Source: an uncultured virus (IMG/VR IMGVR_UViG_2519899798_000002)
Taxonomy: Duplodnaviria; Heunggongvirae; Uroviricota; Caudoviricetes
Virus record (IMG/VR): IMGVR_UViG_2519899798_000002
Coordinates: 62,001 to 124,731 of that record
DNA: 62,731 bases
Reading direction: 5' to 3' (one strand)
Below the pieces are notes generated by a model that worked only from the letters and a program-made list of their open reading frames with translations, had not been told where the DNA came from and ran no database searches. How positions within the stretch are numbered: position 1 is the stretch's first letter; each line of letters opens with the position of its first letter. Below are positions 1-8,062 of the stretch, piece after piece. The position numbers and the translations under genes are program-made.

Positions 1-224
1 ATTATAGTGAAAGAGGCTTTGCCATATATGAAGAGTTCAGTGACACTCAACAAACAATTGTTAAAGTTCAAAAAAGCTCTTTAGCTGAAGAGAATTGCGT
101 TTTCATTCTTGGGAATAACGATATAAGTAGTCATCCAGATAAGTATTTTCCTCCTCATTTAAATGTAGAGCAAGCTAAGCGTGTTATTAAAGCGCTGCAA
201 GAGTTTGTTAGGGATAATGAATAA
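1..224 (+). CDS. hypothetical phage protein, 5'-truncated by window edge
   Basis: open frame from nt 3: YSERGFAIYEEFSD...PHLNVEQAKRVIKALQEFVRDNE*, TAA 222-224. Confidence 0.7.
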   Translation, partial: YSERGFAIYEEFSDTQQTIVKVQKSSLAEENCVFILGNNDISSHPDKYFPPHLNVEQAKRVIKALQEFVRDNE

Positions 225-270
225 ACTAAGTTTCAATAAAATCGTACTTTTAACTAGATAGGGGTGCAAC

Positions 271-546
271 ATGCAACTAATCAATGACACAATTATTCTA
301 ACTAAAGAAATGAAAGATATTTTAGGTGATGTGGTGGAATATGCATACATTAAAAAGCCTTCCTGGTCAAGTAAACAAGATTTTGAAGGAGTTTACTCAG
401 AGGTGTTGGGACAAAAGGCAAGAATAGAGCCAGTTGATTCCTACCCGATTTTCGTTAAATTAACAAACGACAAAACATTTACACTGTGGTCATCTGAGTG
501 GGGCGGAATAAGATCTGAAACGGAAAAAGAATACTTAAATGATTAA
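271..546 (+). CDS. hypothetical protein
   Basis: 91-aa ORF with GGGG RBS, bounded by palindromes at 237 and 558. Confidence 0.75.
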   Translation: MQLINDTIILTKEMKDILGDVVEYAYIKKPSWSSKQDFEGVYSEVLGQKARIEPVDSYPIFVKLTNDKTFTLWSSEWGGIRSETEKEYLND

Positions 547-590
547 AGTAATTAAGTTAAAATCATTCTTTTAAAGATAGGAGAGAGGAA

Positions 591-1412
591 ATGTTTTTGG
601 GTCTAACTAAAAATGAGAAAGAGATCCTAAAATACGAGATCATTTCACCTGAAACTAGGTTAAAGTTCACACGGTACATAAGAAGTCAATGTTTAGATGA
701 TGAGAAAAAAGTGAGAATCGTCCATTTAAATAGAATAATAAATATAGCCAATAGTGTAATTGGGAGAAAGAACTATGTTCTAGACCCACAGTATGATGAT
801 GGTCTTCTTGAAATTGAATATGGATGGCATTTTGGTGAGTTGGAGTTGATTCTAAGAATACCAAACACTATTCAATTTATTGAAATAATTATTGATTTGT
901 TGGAACAAGGAATACTGTCTTTAGATGTTGTTTCAAAACTATTCAATGAAAGTTCAGCTTCTTTTTATATTGAAGAAACTGAGGATGGATTTCAACTAAC
1001 TACATTTTCGTTAACAGAAGAAGCACAGTTCAATGATATTGAGGAGCACCCAAATATTAGGTTGTTGATAGACCGAATGAATTTATTGTTTGATAAACAG
1101 GATTATTCTGGAGTGTTACATACTTCAGCGACAATTTTAGAAACATTGGCAAAAGACATTATTGATAGGGACACAATAGGAGATCAAAGTCTTGGTTCTT
1201 TTTTTGATTTATACAGAAAAGAATCAAGATTGCCAAATGAAATTTTAGATTATATCCATGATATTTATAAAAAAAGAAATTTAGAACCCCTAGCTGGTCA
1301 TGGAAGCACCAGTGCTCCTAGTATTAATAAAAAAGAAGCAATAATAATATCAGAAATGACCAAGTCCTTCGTATTAATGGAAAACACAATGGATGCTAAA
1401 TTAGAGTTGTGA
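591..1412 (+). CDS. abortive-infection (Abi_C/HEPN-like) C-terminal domain protein
   Basis: 273 aa; helical C-terminus with TILETLAKDI...RNLEPLAGHG (R-N-x6-H-G), resembling Abi_C/HEPN. Confidence 0.55.
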   Translation: MFLGLTKNEKEILKYEIISPETRLKFTRYIRSQCLDDEKKVRIVHLNRIINIANSVIGRKNYVLDPQYDDGLLEIEYGWHFGELELILRIPNTIQFIEIIIDLLEQGILSLDVVSKLFNESSASFYIEETEDGFQLTTFSLTEEAQFNDIEEHPNIRLLIDRMNLLFDKQDYSGVLHTSATILETLAKDIIDRDTIGDQSLGSFFDLYRKESRLPNEILDYIHDIYKKRNLEPLAGHGSTSAPSINKKEAIIISEMTKSFVLMENTMDAKLEL

Positions 1413-1427
1413 AAAACAAGGAGGCAT

Positions 1428-1691
1428 TTGGAAGTGAATACAAAGGATAATATTGAAGTGTTTTTCGAGTTTAGCGATGGAACTAAAAAAATATTTGACT
1501 ATGATGGATTAATTAAAGGGGAACGAACTGGAATTTATTCATTTAACTATAATATAGTACCCAGTCGTCTACAGCAAGATTTAAAGTCTTTTATTAAACA
1601 TAATGAAACCATAATCTTCGACCTTAATGAAACTAATGTCTATAAAACCAATGACATTGTAAATTATACTGTAAAAACACATTTAAGATAA
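1428..1691 (+). CDS. hypothetical protein
   Basis: 87-aa ORF, AGGAGG RBS, TTG start. Confidence 0.7.
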   Translation: MEVNTKDNIEVFFEFSDGTKKIFDYDGLIKGERTGIYSFNYNIVPSRLQQDLKSFIKHNETIIFDLNETNVYKTNDIVNYTVKTHLR

Positions 1692-1712
1692 AAGAAGTTT
1701 TAGACGAATTTT

Positions 1713-1743
1713 AAAAAAGAGCATTAATCTAAATGCTCTTTTT
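1713..1743. terminator. bidirectional intrinsic terminator
   Basis: AAAAAAGAGCATT-loop-AATGCTCTTTTT between convergent genes. Confidence 0.75.
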
Positions 1744-1908
1744 CATACCGCATCGCCGGCATTCCCGCAAGAATATTCCACTCTTCACAGAGCTTTTGAA
1801 CAAAGTGTAATCACAATTGTCGCAGCGGCCGTATTTTACATCAGGATATTCTTTATAATCATAAACGATTGAAGTATCATACCCGTTTGTTTCATATTTC
1901 TCTTCCAC
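1729..1908 (-). CDS. 59-aa zinc-ribbon protein (not in ORF track)
   Basis: GTG start after AGGTG RBS; MEEKYETNGYD...CDNC...CRRCGMKKSI*. Confidence 0.75.
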   Translation of the reverse strand: MEEKYETNGYDTSIVYDYKEYPDVKYGRCDNCDYTLFKSSVKSGIFLRECRRCGMKKSI

Positions 1909-1978
1909 AAGATCACCTACATAATTTATTCAACATACTCAAGAATACCAAATTTCGTTCGATATAGGGAGGGAACAA

Positions 1979-2230
1979 ATGATTGGATTAGCTTATTTTT
2001 TAATTATCTGGCTTGGAGTTGGATTATTGACTGGCATTAAGTTTATTTTTGTTGATCAGGTCTATAATGAAGAGTTTAAAGAACTCATGGATAAAGAAAC
2101 AGCAGCGGGCATGGAAAGGAATTTGGCCAACCTATTTTTCAAAAATAAGCTTAATGCGCTTGCTTTTTTCATCTTAATTGGTTTACTGCCATTAGCAATG
2201 AGGATTACAAAATTATTTAAAAGAGGTTGA
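1979..2230 (+). CDS. yopE: YopE-like membrane protein
   Basis: 83 aa, two hydrophobic segments, SPbeta synteny. Confidence 0.7.
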   Translation: MIGLAYFLIIWLGVGLLTGIKFIFVDQVYNEEFKELMDKETAAGMERNLANLFFKNKLNALAFFILIGLLPLAMRITKLFKRG

Positions 2231-2233
2231 TTT

Positions 2234-2449
2234 ATGCCTTTGATTGATTATTTTTATGTACTGCAGTTTGAAAACAAGGAATACTTCAAATCATTTAAGT
2301 TAGATGAGGACGGTTATTTGACATCTAACGACCTCCACGGCGCTTCTAAATTGCATAATATGTTAGAAGTCATTGAGGTTGCAAGTGAGCTCAAAACAAT
2401 GTGTAATGTCCAATGTGAAGTAAGGGAAATTCAAGTCGTAAAACGGTAG
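2234..2449 (+). CDS. yopF: YopF-like protein
   Basis: 71 aa, follows yopE. Confidence 0.65.
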   Translation: MPLIDYFYVLQFENKEYFKSFKLDEDGYLTSNDLHGASKLHNMLEVIEVASELKTMCNVQCEVREIQVVKR

Positions 2450-2459
2450 GGGTGTTCAG

Positions 2460-2591
2460 GTGTATTGGATAGAGTGGATGGAAGACGGGAAAAAGAAAAG
2501 CATTGTTGCCGAAGGTTGGATTGAATGGGCTGCCATACTTGAAGACTTGTATCAGAAGCGGTTTGAGTGTGTTGAATGGAAGCGGCTTTGA
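2460..2591 (+). CDS. yopG: YopG-like small protein (not in ORF track)
   Basis: GTG start; MYWIEWMEDGKKKSIVAEGWIEW...EWKRL*, 43 aa. Confidence 0.6.
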   Translation: MYWIEWMEDGKKKSIVAEGWIEWAAILEDLYQKRFECVEWKRL

Positions 2592-2607
2592 AAAGGGGTG
2601 AAATGCC

Positions 2608-2904
2608 ATTAAAAATTTAGTTTTATTGTCCAGCTTTTTAGGGATTGTGCTATCAATTATAGGGCAATTATTTGGAGCCCTAACAGATTTCTTTATTCCA
2701 GGTATTGCAAGGCTTATGGGGGTTTTAGCTGGGCTCCTAGTATTACTTTGCTTGAAGTCAAGAAACACAGAAATGCAGACATTTATAGTGAGTTCAAGTA
2801 CTGCATTAGGAATAATAGGTGCAGGAGTTTTATATCTTCCAGCAGCTATTGTCAATATCTTAATTGGGTTCAAACTAAACAAAAAGATGAGAGAGGAACA
2901 CTAA
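2608..2904 (+). CDS. small membrane protein (start ATT 2608 or TTG 2626)
   Basis: hydrophobic ORF; GGGGTG RBS 7 nt before in-frame ATT. Confidence 0.65.
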   Translation: MKNLVLLSSFLGIVLSIIGQLFGALTDFFIPGIARLMGVLAGLLVLLCLKSRNTEMQTFIVSSSTALGIIGAGVLYLPAAIVNILIGFKLNKKMREEH

Positions 2905-2932
2905 TAGAGCGGATCTGAGGGGAACGTATAAA

Positions 2933-3727
2933 TTGAAAGTAAATCAAACTTCAACTTCTTATCAAAAAGATACTAATTCATTTAGAGAATTTATTAAGTA
3001 TAATATAAACTCGATTAAGAGGACATTAATTGAAACAGAGCAATTATTAAACAAAGTAGGTTTTTTGAAGCTTCTTTTGCTTTTTTCTGTATCTTTATCA
3101 TGGATCACCTATGTAATTTATTTTGAGCATGTTGGCAATTTTATACTGAGAATATCTCAAGGGAACATCTTAATAGCAAATTTGGTGTTGCCTGTATTTC
3201 AGACGTTTCCCTTGCTTCTAAGTTTTATCTATGTTTTTAAAGACAATTACCGAGCTTTATTCTTTAAAGTGAAATTTTCAAGAATATTGATTTATATAAT
3301 TTTGGGAGTATTAACGGAGATTATACTATCGGTAAACATAGGCCTCTTACTAAAAGGAATAAAGCCAAGTGCAAATCCTGCAGTTGAGGATCCAATCGGT
3401 ATTACTATTTATAGTTTATCGATTAGTCTTATAGCAGAGCAAATTCTGTTCTTTTCTGTGTATTACTTTTTCTTTTTATTGTTTTTAAAAGTGAAACTTA
3501 ACAATAAAATTGTCGTGATAATATCTTTAATCCCTGCAATTTTAATTTTTGGTCTAGCGCATTTGGCAGTATATAACGGTAATGTTCTTCAATGCGTTTT
3601 TTTAATCGGCTTACCTTTTACATTAATGCAAGTTTTTTTGTTTTTCCGATCAGGGAACTTTTTTATTGGATACATAGTGCATCTAGTGTTTGATATTACT
3701 ATACTATTAATCGCTAAATTAACATAG
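2933..3727 (+). CDS. CPBP/Abi-family intramembrane metalloprotease-like protein
   Basis: multi-TM; AEQILFF (degenerate EExxxR), FGLAHL, HLVFD. Confidence 0.65.
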   Translation: MKVNQTSTSYQKDTNSFREFIKYNINSIKRTLIETEQLLNKVGFLKLLLLFSVSLSWITYVIYFEHVGNFILRISQGNILIANLVLPVFQTFPLLLSFIYVFKDNYRALFFKVKFSRILIYIILGVLTEIILSVNIGLLLKGIKPSANPAVEDPIGITIYSLSISLIAEQILFFSVYYFFFLLFLKVKLNNKIVVIISLIPAILIFGLAHLAVYNGNVLQCVFLIGLPFTLMQVFLFFRSGNFFIGYIVHLVFDITILLIAKLT

Positions 3728-3795
3728 TTGATTTTATAGTAATCTGCATTGTTAATTGTACTACGTTTTAAAAATTAAAAATGAAGGTGAAAAGT

Positions 3796-4338
3796 ATGAG
3801 CAATAACAAAGGTCAAGCAGTTGAGAAAATTCTTTCTTTTATTGAATCAAATGAAAAAGTTGCTTTAATGACTGGAACAAATATGTTTAAGAAACATGAA
3901 CTTGTGTTTAAAACCATTACTGAGAATTTTGTTGGATCAAGAATTTTACTTAGAACTAGCAGCTTAGATAATGCTAAGGTGTTTATGAAGGCAACTGGAA
4001 CTTTAAAAACAGGAGTCCCTTATAATTTGAACGGAAGTACAGTTTATATTGACACTATTACTAGAAGCACATGGGATAAGACACCAAGTGATTTGGATTT
4101 TGCAATTATTTACCCTCTTTTGCCTCTGACAAAACAGAAGCTTAGAGAAGAATTATTAAAGGATATTACTTTCTTCAAAAATATTAAAAAAATTTTACTA
4201 GTGAGTTCGCAAGATACATTTGATATGTCTTGGGCAGAGGATTTCATCAAAACAAAGATCATTTATGATGTTTTAGAAGAGGATCCTGATTATCATTATA
4301 GAGTCTTAGAAGATTTAAAAAGGTATAATTTAAAATAG
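3796..4338 (+). CDS. yopH: YopH-like protein
   Basis: MSNNKGQAVEKIL..., position upstream of yopJ/aimR. Confidence 0.6.
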   Translation: MSNNKGQAVEKILSFIESNEKVALMTGTNMFKKHELVFKTITENFVGSRILLRTSSLDNAKVFMKATGTLKTGVPYNLNGSTVYIDTITRSTWDKTPSDLDFAIIYPLLPLTKQKLREELLKDITFFKNIKKILLVSSQDTFDMSWAEDFIKTKIIYDVLEEDPDYHYRVLEDLKRYNLK

Positions 4339-4354
4339 CAGAAGAGGTTAAAAA

Positions 4355-5017
4355 ATGATTGAAAAAATGTTGCATGATAATTTACGTATTTGTTTTCCAA
4401 ACAAAAGAATTTTTATTTCAAGAGACCATAATTTCGCTTTTGCAGCTTGGGAAATAGGAAGATTAAGGGGATACATACAACCTGGGGCATCCCTAATTCA
4501 TATTGATTCGCATTTAGATTACTGTGACAATCCAATAGATGTTTCGGATATAAAAGAGGAAAGTCAGGCAGTCGAAATCGCTAACCAATTAGATATTGTA
4601 GAATTTATAATACCAGCACAAAAAAATGGCACATTAAAAGGTTGTTTTACAATTAACGATGATACCGTATATATTGAACAATCTGAAAATTTCCGACGAG
4701 CATATACATACAATCATTATGAACAAGTATTGAGAGAAAATTGGTACAAGGAAACAGAAGGTACAAGTTTGATTCTTGATTTGGACTTAGATTATTTTAA
4801 TAAAAACTACTTAGATTATAACTCAAATGCTTTGTTATTACCTGAAGAAGCCATAAGGACTCAATTATTAAACATGAAAGAGAAAATGTGGAATTGGGAC
4901 ATGATAACTGTAGCTTTATCACCAGAATTTTGTGGTGGTGATAAAGAGTGTGAATATTTATTAAACCTCTTTTTAGACGTGTTCAATTTAAAACTTGAAG
5001 ATGGAGAGCTATGGTGA
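4355..5017 (+). CDS. UPF0489-family (arginase/deacetylase-like) metal-binding protein
   Basis: DHNFAF, HIDSHLD, LDLDLDYF, ALSPEF motifs. Confidence 0.7.
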   Translation: MIEKMLHDNLRICFPNKRIFISRDHNFAFAAWEIGRLRGYIQPGASLIHIDSHLDYCDNPIDVSDIKEESQAVEIANQLDIVEFIIPAQKNGTLKGCFTINDDTVYIEQSENFRRAYTYNHYEQVLRENWYKETEGTSLILDLDLDYFNKNYLDYNSNALLLPEEAIRTQLLNMKEKMWNWDMITVALSPEFCGGDKECEYLLNLFLDVFNLKLEDGELW

Positions 5018-5050
5018 AAATCAAAAAAATAATTGTTTTAAGGAGTTAAT

Positions 5051-5476
5051 ATGAAAAACACATTTTTATATATTAGGTGGGAAGACCTACACGGTGAAAT
5101 AGGTGTTGATTCTTTCAATCTTCTAAAAGTTAGTTACTCTAATTTGTCTGTAAAGGAACTTGCAGAATTAATAAAAGAATTGATTTATGAAGAACGTGAA
5201 GATGTTGCTGCAAAATGCGACTTTATTTTAAGTGAGGATAATCCTGTGTTTACTGATAATCAACATGTAATTTACAAAGGATTAGCAGGAAGCATAAACT
5301 ACAAAGACTTGTTGCTTTCTTTAGCAACTACATTGGCCATGACTAATTGTTATTACCACGTACAAAATATACTTTACTTTGCTAAGTGTTTAAGGAATTT
5401 TGATAGAGAAATCTGCGACAAATTTGTAAAAGATATCGCAGAAGAGGTTTATCACAATCTAAAACATGGCGTTTAA
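5051..5476 (+). CDS. yopJ: YopJ-like hypothetical protein
   Basis: 141 aa, immediately upstream of aimR. Confidence 0.55.
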   Translation: MKNTFLYIRWEDLHGEIGVDSFNLLKVSYSNLSVKELAELIKELIYEEREDVAAKCDFILSEDNPVFTDNQHVIYKGLAGSINYKDLLLSLATTLAMTNCYYHVQNILYFAKCLRNFDREICDKFVKDIAEEVYHNLKHGV

Positions 5477-5578
5477 AGGTGGAATTAACTTTGTGCAATG
5501 AGGAGCTATTCCTCATTGTATCTAATTAAAATAGGAATTTTAAAGAGAATACAAATACAAAAAATATGTATAAATTAA

Positions 5579-5607
5579 TTGACTCGTAGTGTGGTCTATA
5601 GTATTAT
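5579..5607 (+). promoter_or_regulatory. sigA promoter of aimR
   Basis: TTGACT-N17-TATTAT. Confidence 0.7.
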
Positions 5608-5650
5608 TAAGTTAACCAATAAAGACAACAAAAAGAAATGAGGGGAAATA

Positions 5651-6811
5651 ATGGAGTTAATAAGGATAGCTATGAAGAAAGACTTGGAAAATGACAACTC
5701 TTTAATGAATAAATGGGCAACAGTAGCTGGCCTTAAAAACTCCAATCCTCTTTATGACTTCTTAAACCATGATGGGAAAACTTTTAATGAATTTTCTTCA
5801 ATAGTCAACATTGTTAAAAGTCAGTATCCAGACCGTGAATATGAATTAATGAAAGATTACTGTTTAAACCTAGATGTTAAGACAAAGGCAGCAAGAAGTG
5901 CATTGGAGTATGCTGATGCAAATATGTTTTTTGAAATAGAAGATGTTTTAATAGATTCAATGATTTCTTGCAGTAATTTGAAAAGTAAAGAATATGGAAA
6001 AGTGTATAAAATACATAGAGAACTGTCTAACTGTGATATTACTGAATTTGAGGCAGTGAAAAGACTCGGTAAATTAAATATTAAAACACCTGAAATGAAT
6101 TCTTTCTCAAGACTCTTGCTGCTTTATCATTATTTAAGCACTGGTAACTTTTCTCCGATGGCCCAACTTATAAAACAAATTGACCTAAGTGAGATTTCTG
6201 AGAACATGTACATTAGAAACACATATCAAACAAGAGTTCATGTTCTAATGTCGAATATAAAGCTAAATGAAAATTCATTAGAGGAGTGCAGAGAGTACTC
6301 TAAAAAGGCATTGGAAAGTACAAATATCCTCAGATTTCAGGTTTTCAGCTACTTAACTATTGGCAACTCTCTATTATTTTCGAATTATGAATTGGCTCAA
6401 GAAAACTTTTTAAAAGGGCTAAGCGTTTCTGTTCAAAATGAAAATTACAACATGATTTTCCAGCAGGCTTTGTGCTTCTTAAATAATGTATGGCGCAAAG
6501 AAAATAAGTGGATTAATTTTGAATCTGAGTCAATTATGGATTTGCAGGAGCAAGCCCATTGTTTTATCAACTTTAATGAAAATTCCAAAGCAAAAAAAGT
6601 TTTGGATAAACTAGATCTTTTACGTCATAACGATAATGAGCTTGCAATGCATCATTATTTGAAAGGGAGACTCGAACAAAATAAAGCATGTTTCTATTCT
6701 TCAATCGAGTATTTTAAAAAGTCTAATGACAAATTCCTTATTAGGCTGCCGTTGTTAGAACTGCAAAAGATGGGTGAAAATCAAAAACTTTTAGAATTAC
6801 TTTTACTTTAA
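5651..6811 (+). CDS. aimR: arbitrium receptor AimR (YopK), RRNPP family
   Basis: 386 aa starting MELIRIAMKKDLENDNSLMNKWATVAGL, SPbeta-type; followed by aimP. Confidence 0.97.
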   Translation: MELIRIAMKKDLENDNSLMNKWATVAGLKNSNPLYDFLNHDGKTFNEFSSIVNIVKSQYPDREYELMKDYCLNLDVKTKAARSALEYADANMFFEIEDVLIDSMISCSNLKSKEYGKVYKIHRELSNCDITEFEAVKRLGKLNIKTPEMNSFSRLLLLYHYLSTGNFSPMAQLIKQIDLSEISENMYIRNTYQTRVHVLMSNIKLNENSLEECREYSKKALESTNILRFQVFSYLTIGNSLLFSNYELAQENFLKGLSVSVQNENYNMIFQQALCFLNNVWRKENKWINFESESIMDLQEQAHCFINFNENSKAKKVLDKLDLLRHNDNELAMHHYLKGRLEQNKACFYSSIEYFKKSNDKFLIRLPLLELQKMGENQKLLELLLL

Positions 6812-6824
6812 AGGAGGTGAGACA

Positions 6825-6950
6825 ATGAAAAAACTTATTATGGCTTTAGTTATCTTGGGCGCACTAGGCACTTCTTACATAAGTGCAGATTCTTCAATCC
6901 AACAAGCTTCAGGTGATTATGAGGTTGCTGGAATGCCACGTGGAGCATAA
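6825..6950 (+). CDS. aimP: arbitrium pro-peptide AimP (YopL); mature peptide GMPRGA
   Basis: MKKLIMALVILGALGTSYISADSSIQQASGDYEVAGMPRGA*, AAGGAGG RBS. Confidence 0.97.
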   Translation: MKKLIMALVILGALGTSYISADSSIQQASGDYEVAGMPRGA

Positions 6951-6956
6951 AATCCA

Positions 6957-6985
6957 TTGACACATAAAGTTATTAGTATTATCAT
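6957..6985 (+). promoter_or_regulatory. sigA-like promoter downstream of aimP
   Basis: TTGACA-N17-TATCAT. Confidence 0.6.
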
Positions 6986-7014
6986 TTACTTAATTAAATT
7001 AAGCAGAGAAAAGG

Positions 7015-7051
7015 AAGACGTTTGGCTCTTTTAATGAGCTAAGCGTCTTTT
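7015..7051 (+). terminator. intrinsic terminator after aimP
   Basis: AAGACGTTTGGCTC...GAGCTAAGCGTCTT hairpin ending in a T run. Confidence 0.7.
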
Positions 7052-7065
7052 GTAGTTTTAAGGCC

Positions 7066-7102
7066 ATCACTTAAATATTAAGTTTTTATAACATCTAGTG
7101 AT
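7066..7102. promoter_or_regulatory. AimR operator
   Basis: ATCACT-N25-AGTGAT inverted repeat, the SPbeta AimR operator geometry. Confidence 0.9.
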
Positions 7103-7204
7103 CAACTCAAAGTACATACACCCTAATTAAATGAATTGCATTACAAAGCAGCACATTCGCAAAAAAAAATTGCGTAGAATGTGCTATTTGTCGTTAAAAA
7201 AATC

Positions 7205-7233
7205 TTTACTTCCCTTTTGTAATGCATTACAAT
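7205..7233 (+). promoter_or_regulatory. putative sro operon promoter overlapped by a perfect 16-bp palindrome
   Basis: TTTACT-N17-TACAAT; TTGTAATGCATTACAA at 7217-7232. Confidence 0.6.
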
Positions 7234-7281
7234 TGCTATAGATGCAAAAGATAAAAAATATGTATATAGGAGGTTGGTGGT

Positions 7282-7482
7282 ATGTCCGCAATTAGTTACT
7301 TAAAAAACAGTATGACAATACATAAAACCATTTACCAAAAGAAAGTTGAAAGCTTAGTTAAAAATGATTTGTTTTTTCATGAAAAAAGCATTGAAAAGTC
7401 AAAAATAATGAAGAATGAAAATGTTCGAAAACAACTAACTAAAGGATACATGAAATTGCTAAGTGAATACAAGGAGGATTAA
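7282..7482 (+). CDS. yopM: YopM (SroA)
   Basis: 66 aa, first gene after arbitrium locus. Confidence 0.8.
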   Translation: MSAISYLKNSMTIHKTIYQKKVESLVKNDLFFHEKSIEKSKIMKNENVRKQLTKGYMKLLSEYKED

Positions 7483-7484
7483 TA

Positions 7485-7802
7485 ATGCATGTTGTAGAAC
7501 TTAGGTCTACAAATAATAAAGATATTGATGCCGATTTTGTTTTAAATGCGAAACAAACTTACATAGAGAGTGTACTAAACATAAGAAATATGATTGTTAA
7601 TGCAAAAACTGAAGATGATCTACATGGTGCAAAAATAGAGATAGCAGCATTATTAAAAGATCTAAATAGAGTATTATTAGGTGGAGATGGATTAAAAAGA
7701 AGCATTGAAAATAATCCACATTTTAGATCCCTAATACATTTTGTTAAGAATTTAAAACGACACATTGCAATTGAATTTGAAGAGTTTATTTATCAACCAT
7801 AA
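7485..7802 (+). CDS. yopN: YopN (SroB)
   Basis: 105 aa, sro synteny. Confidence 0.8.
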   Translation: MHVVELRSTNNKDIDADFVLNAKQTYIESVLNIRNMIVNAKTEDDLHGAKIEIAALLKDLNRVLLGGDGLKRSIENNPHFRSLIHFVKNLKRHIAIEFEEFIYQP

Positions 7803-7849
7803 CATATACGCACTGCAGTCTATAGTATACATAAAAATAGGAGGTTGAC

Positions 7850-8062
7850 ATGTCAGAGCGAATAAAACAGCTAATGGTCAAACGTGGCATCACAGTAGAG
7901 GAATTGTCGAGGGAGACAATGATTGATATGCAGACATTAAACAAAATCATTGAAATGCCAGATGAATCAGATGTTACAACCATAAAGCTTATCGCTCTGG
8001 TGTTGAATGTCTCTATTGATGAGTTATTAGATGAGAAAGGAGGAGAAGAGAATGCAAAATAA
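7850..8062 (+). CDS. yopO: YopO (SroC), Cro/CI-type HTH regulator
   Basis: 70-aa XRE-type HTH (ITVEELSRET...IALVLNVSIDEL). Confidence 0.85.
   Translation: MSERIKQLMVKRGITVEELSRETMIDMQTLNKIIEMPDESDVTTIKLIALVLNVSIDELLDEKGGEENAK

Noticed and set aside
1689..1702. TAAAA-GAAG-TTTTA at a stop codon
   Set aside because: Spacer is 4 bp, not 6; excluded from counts, possibly a degenerate site
2391..2882. 163-aa minus-strand ORF and similar shadow ORFs (e.g. 20267-20614, 33017-33370, 46602-46985)
   Set aside because: Antisense to well-supported genes, with no RBS or motifs
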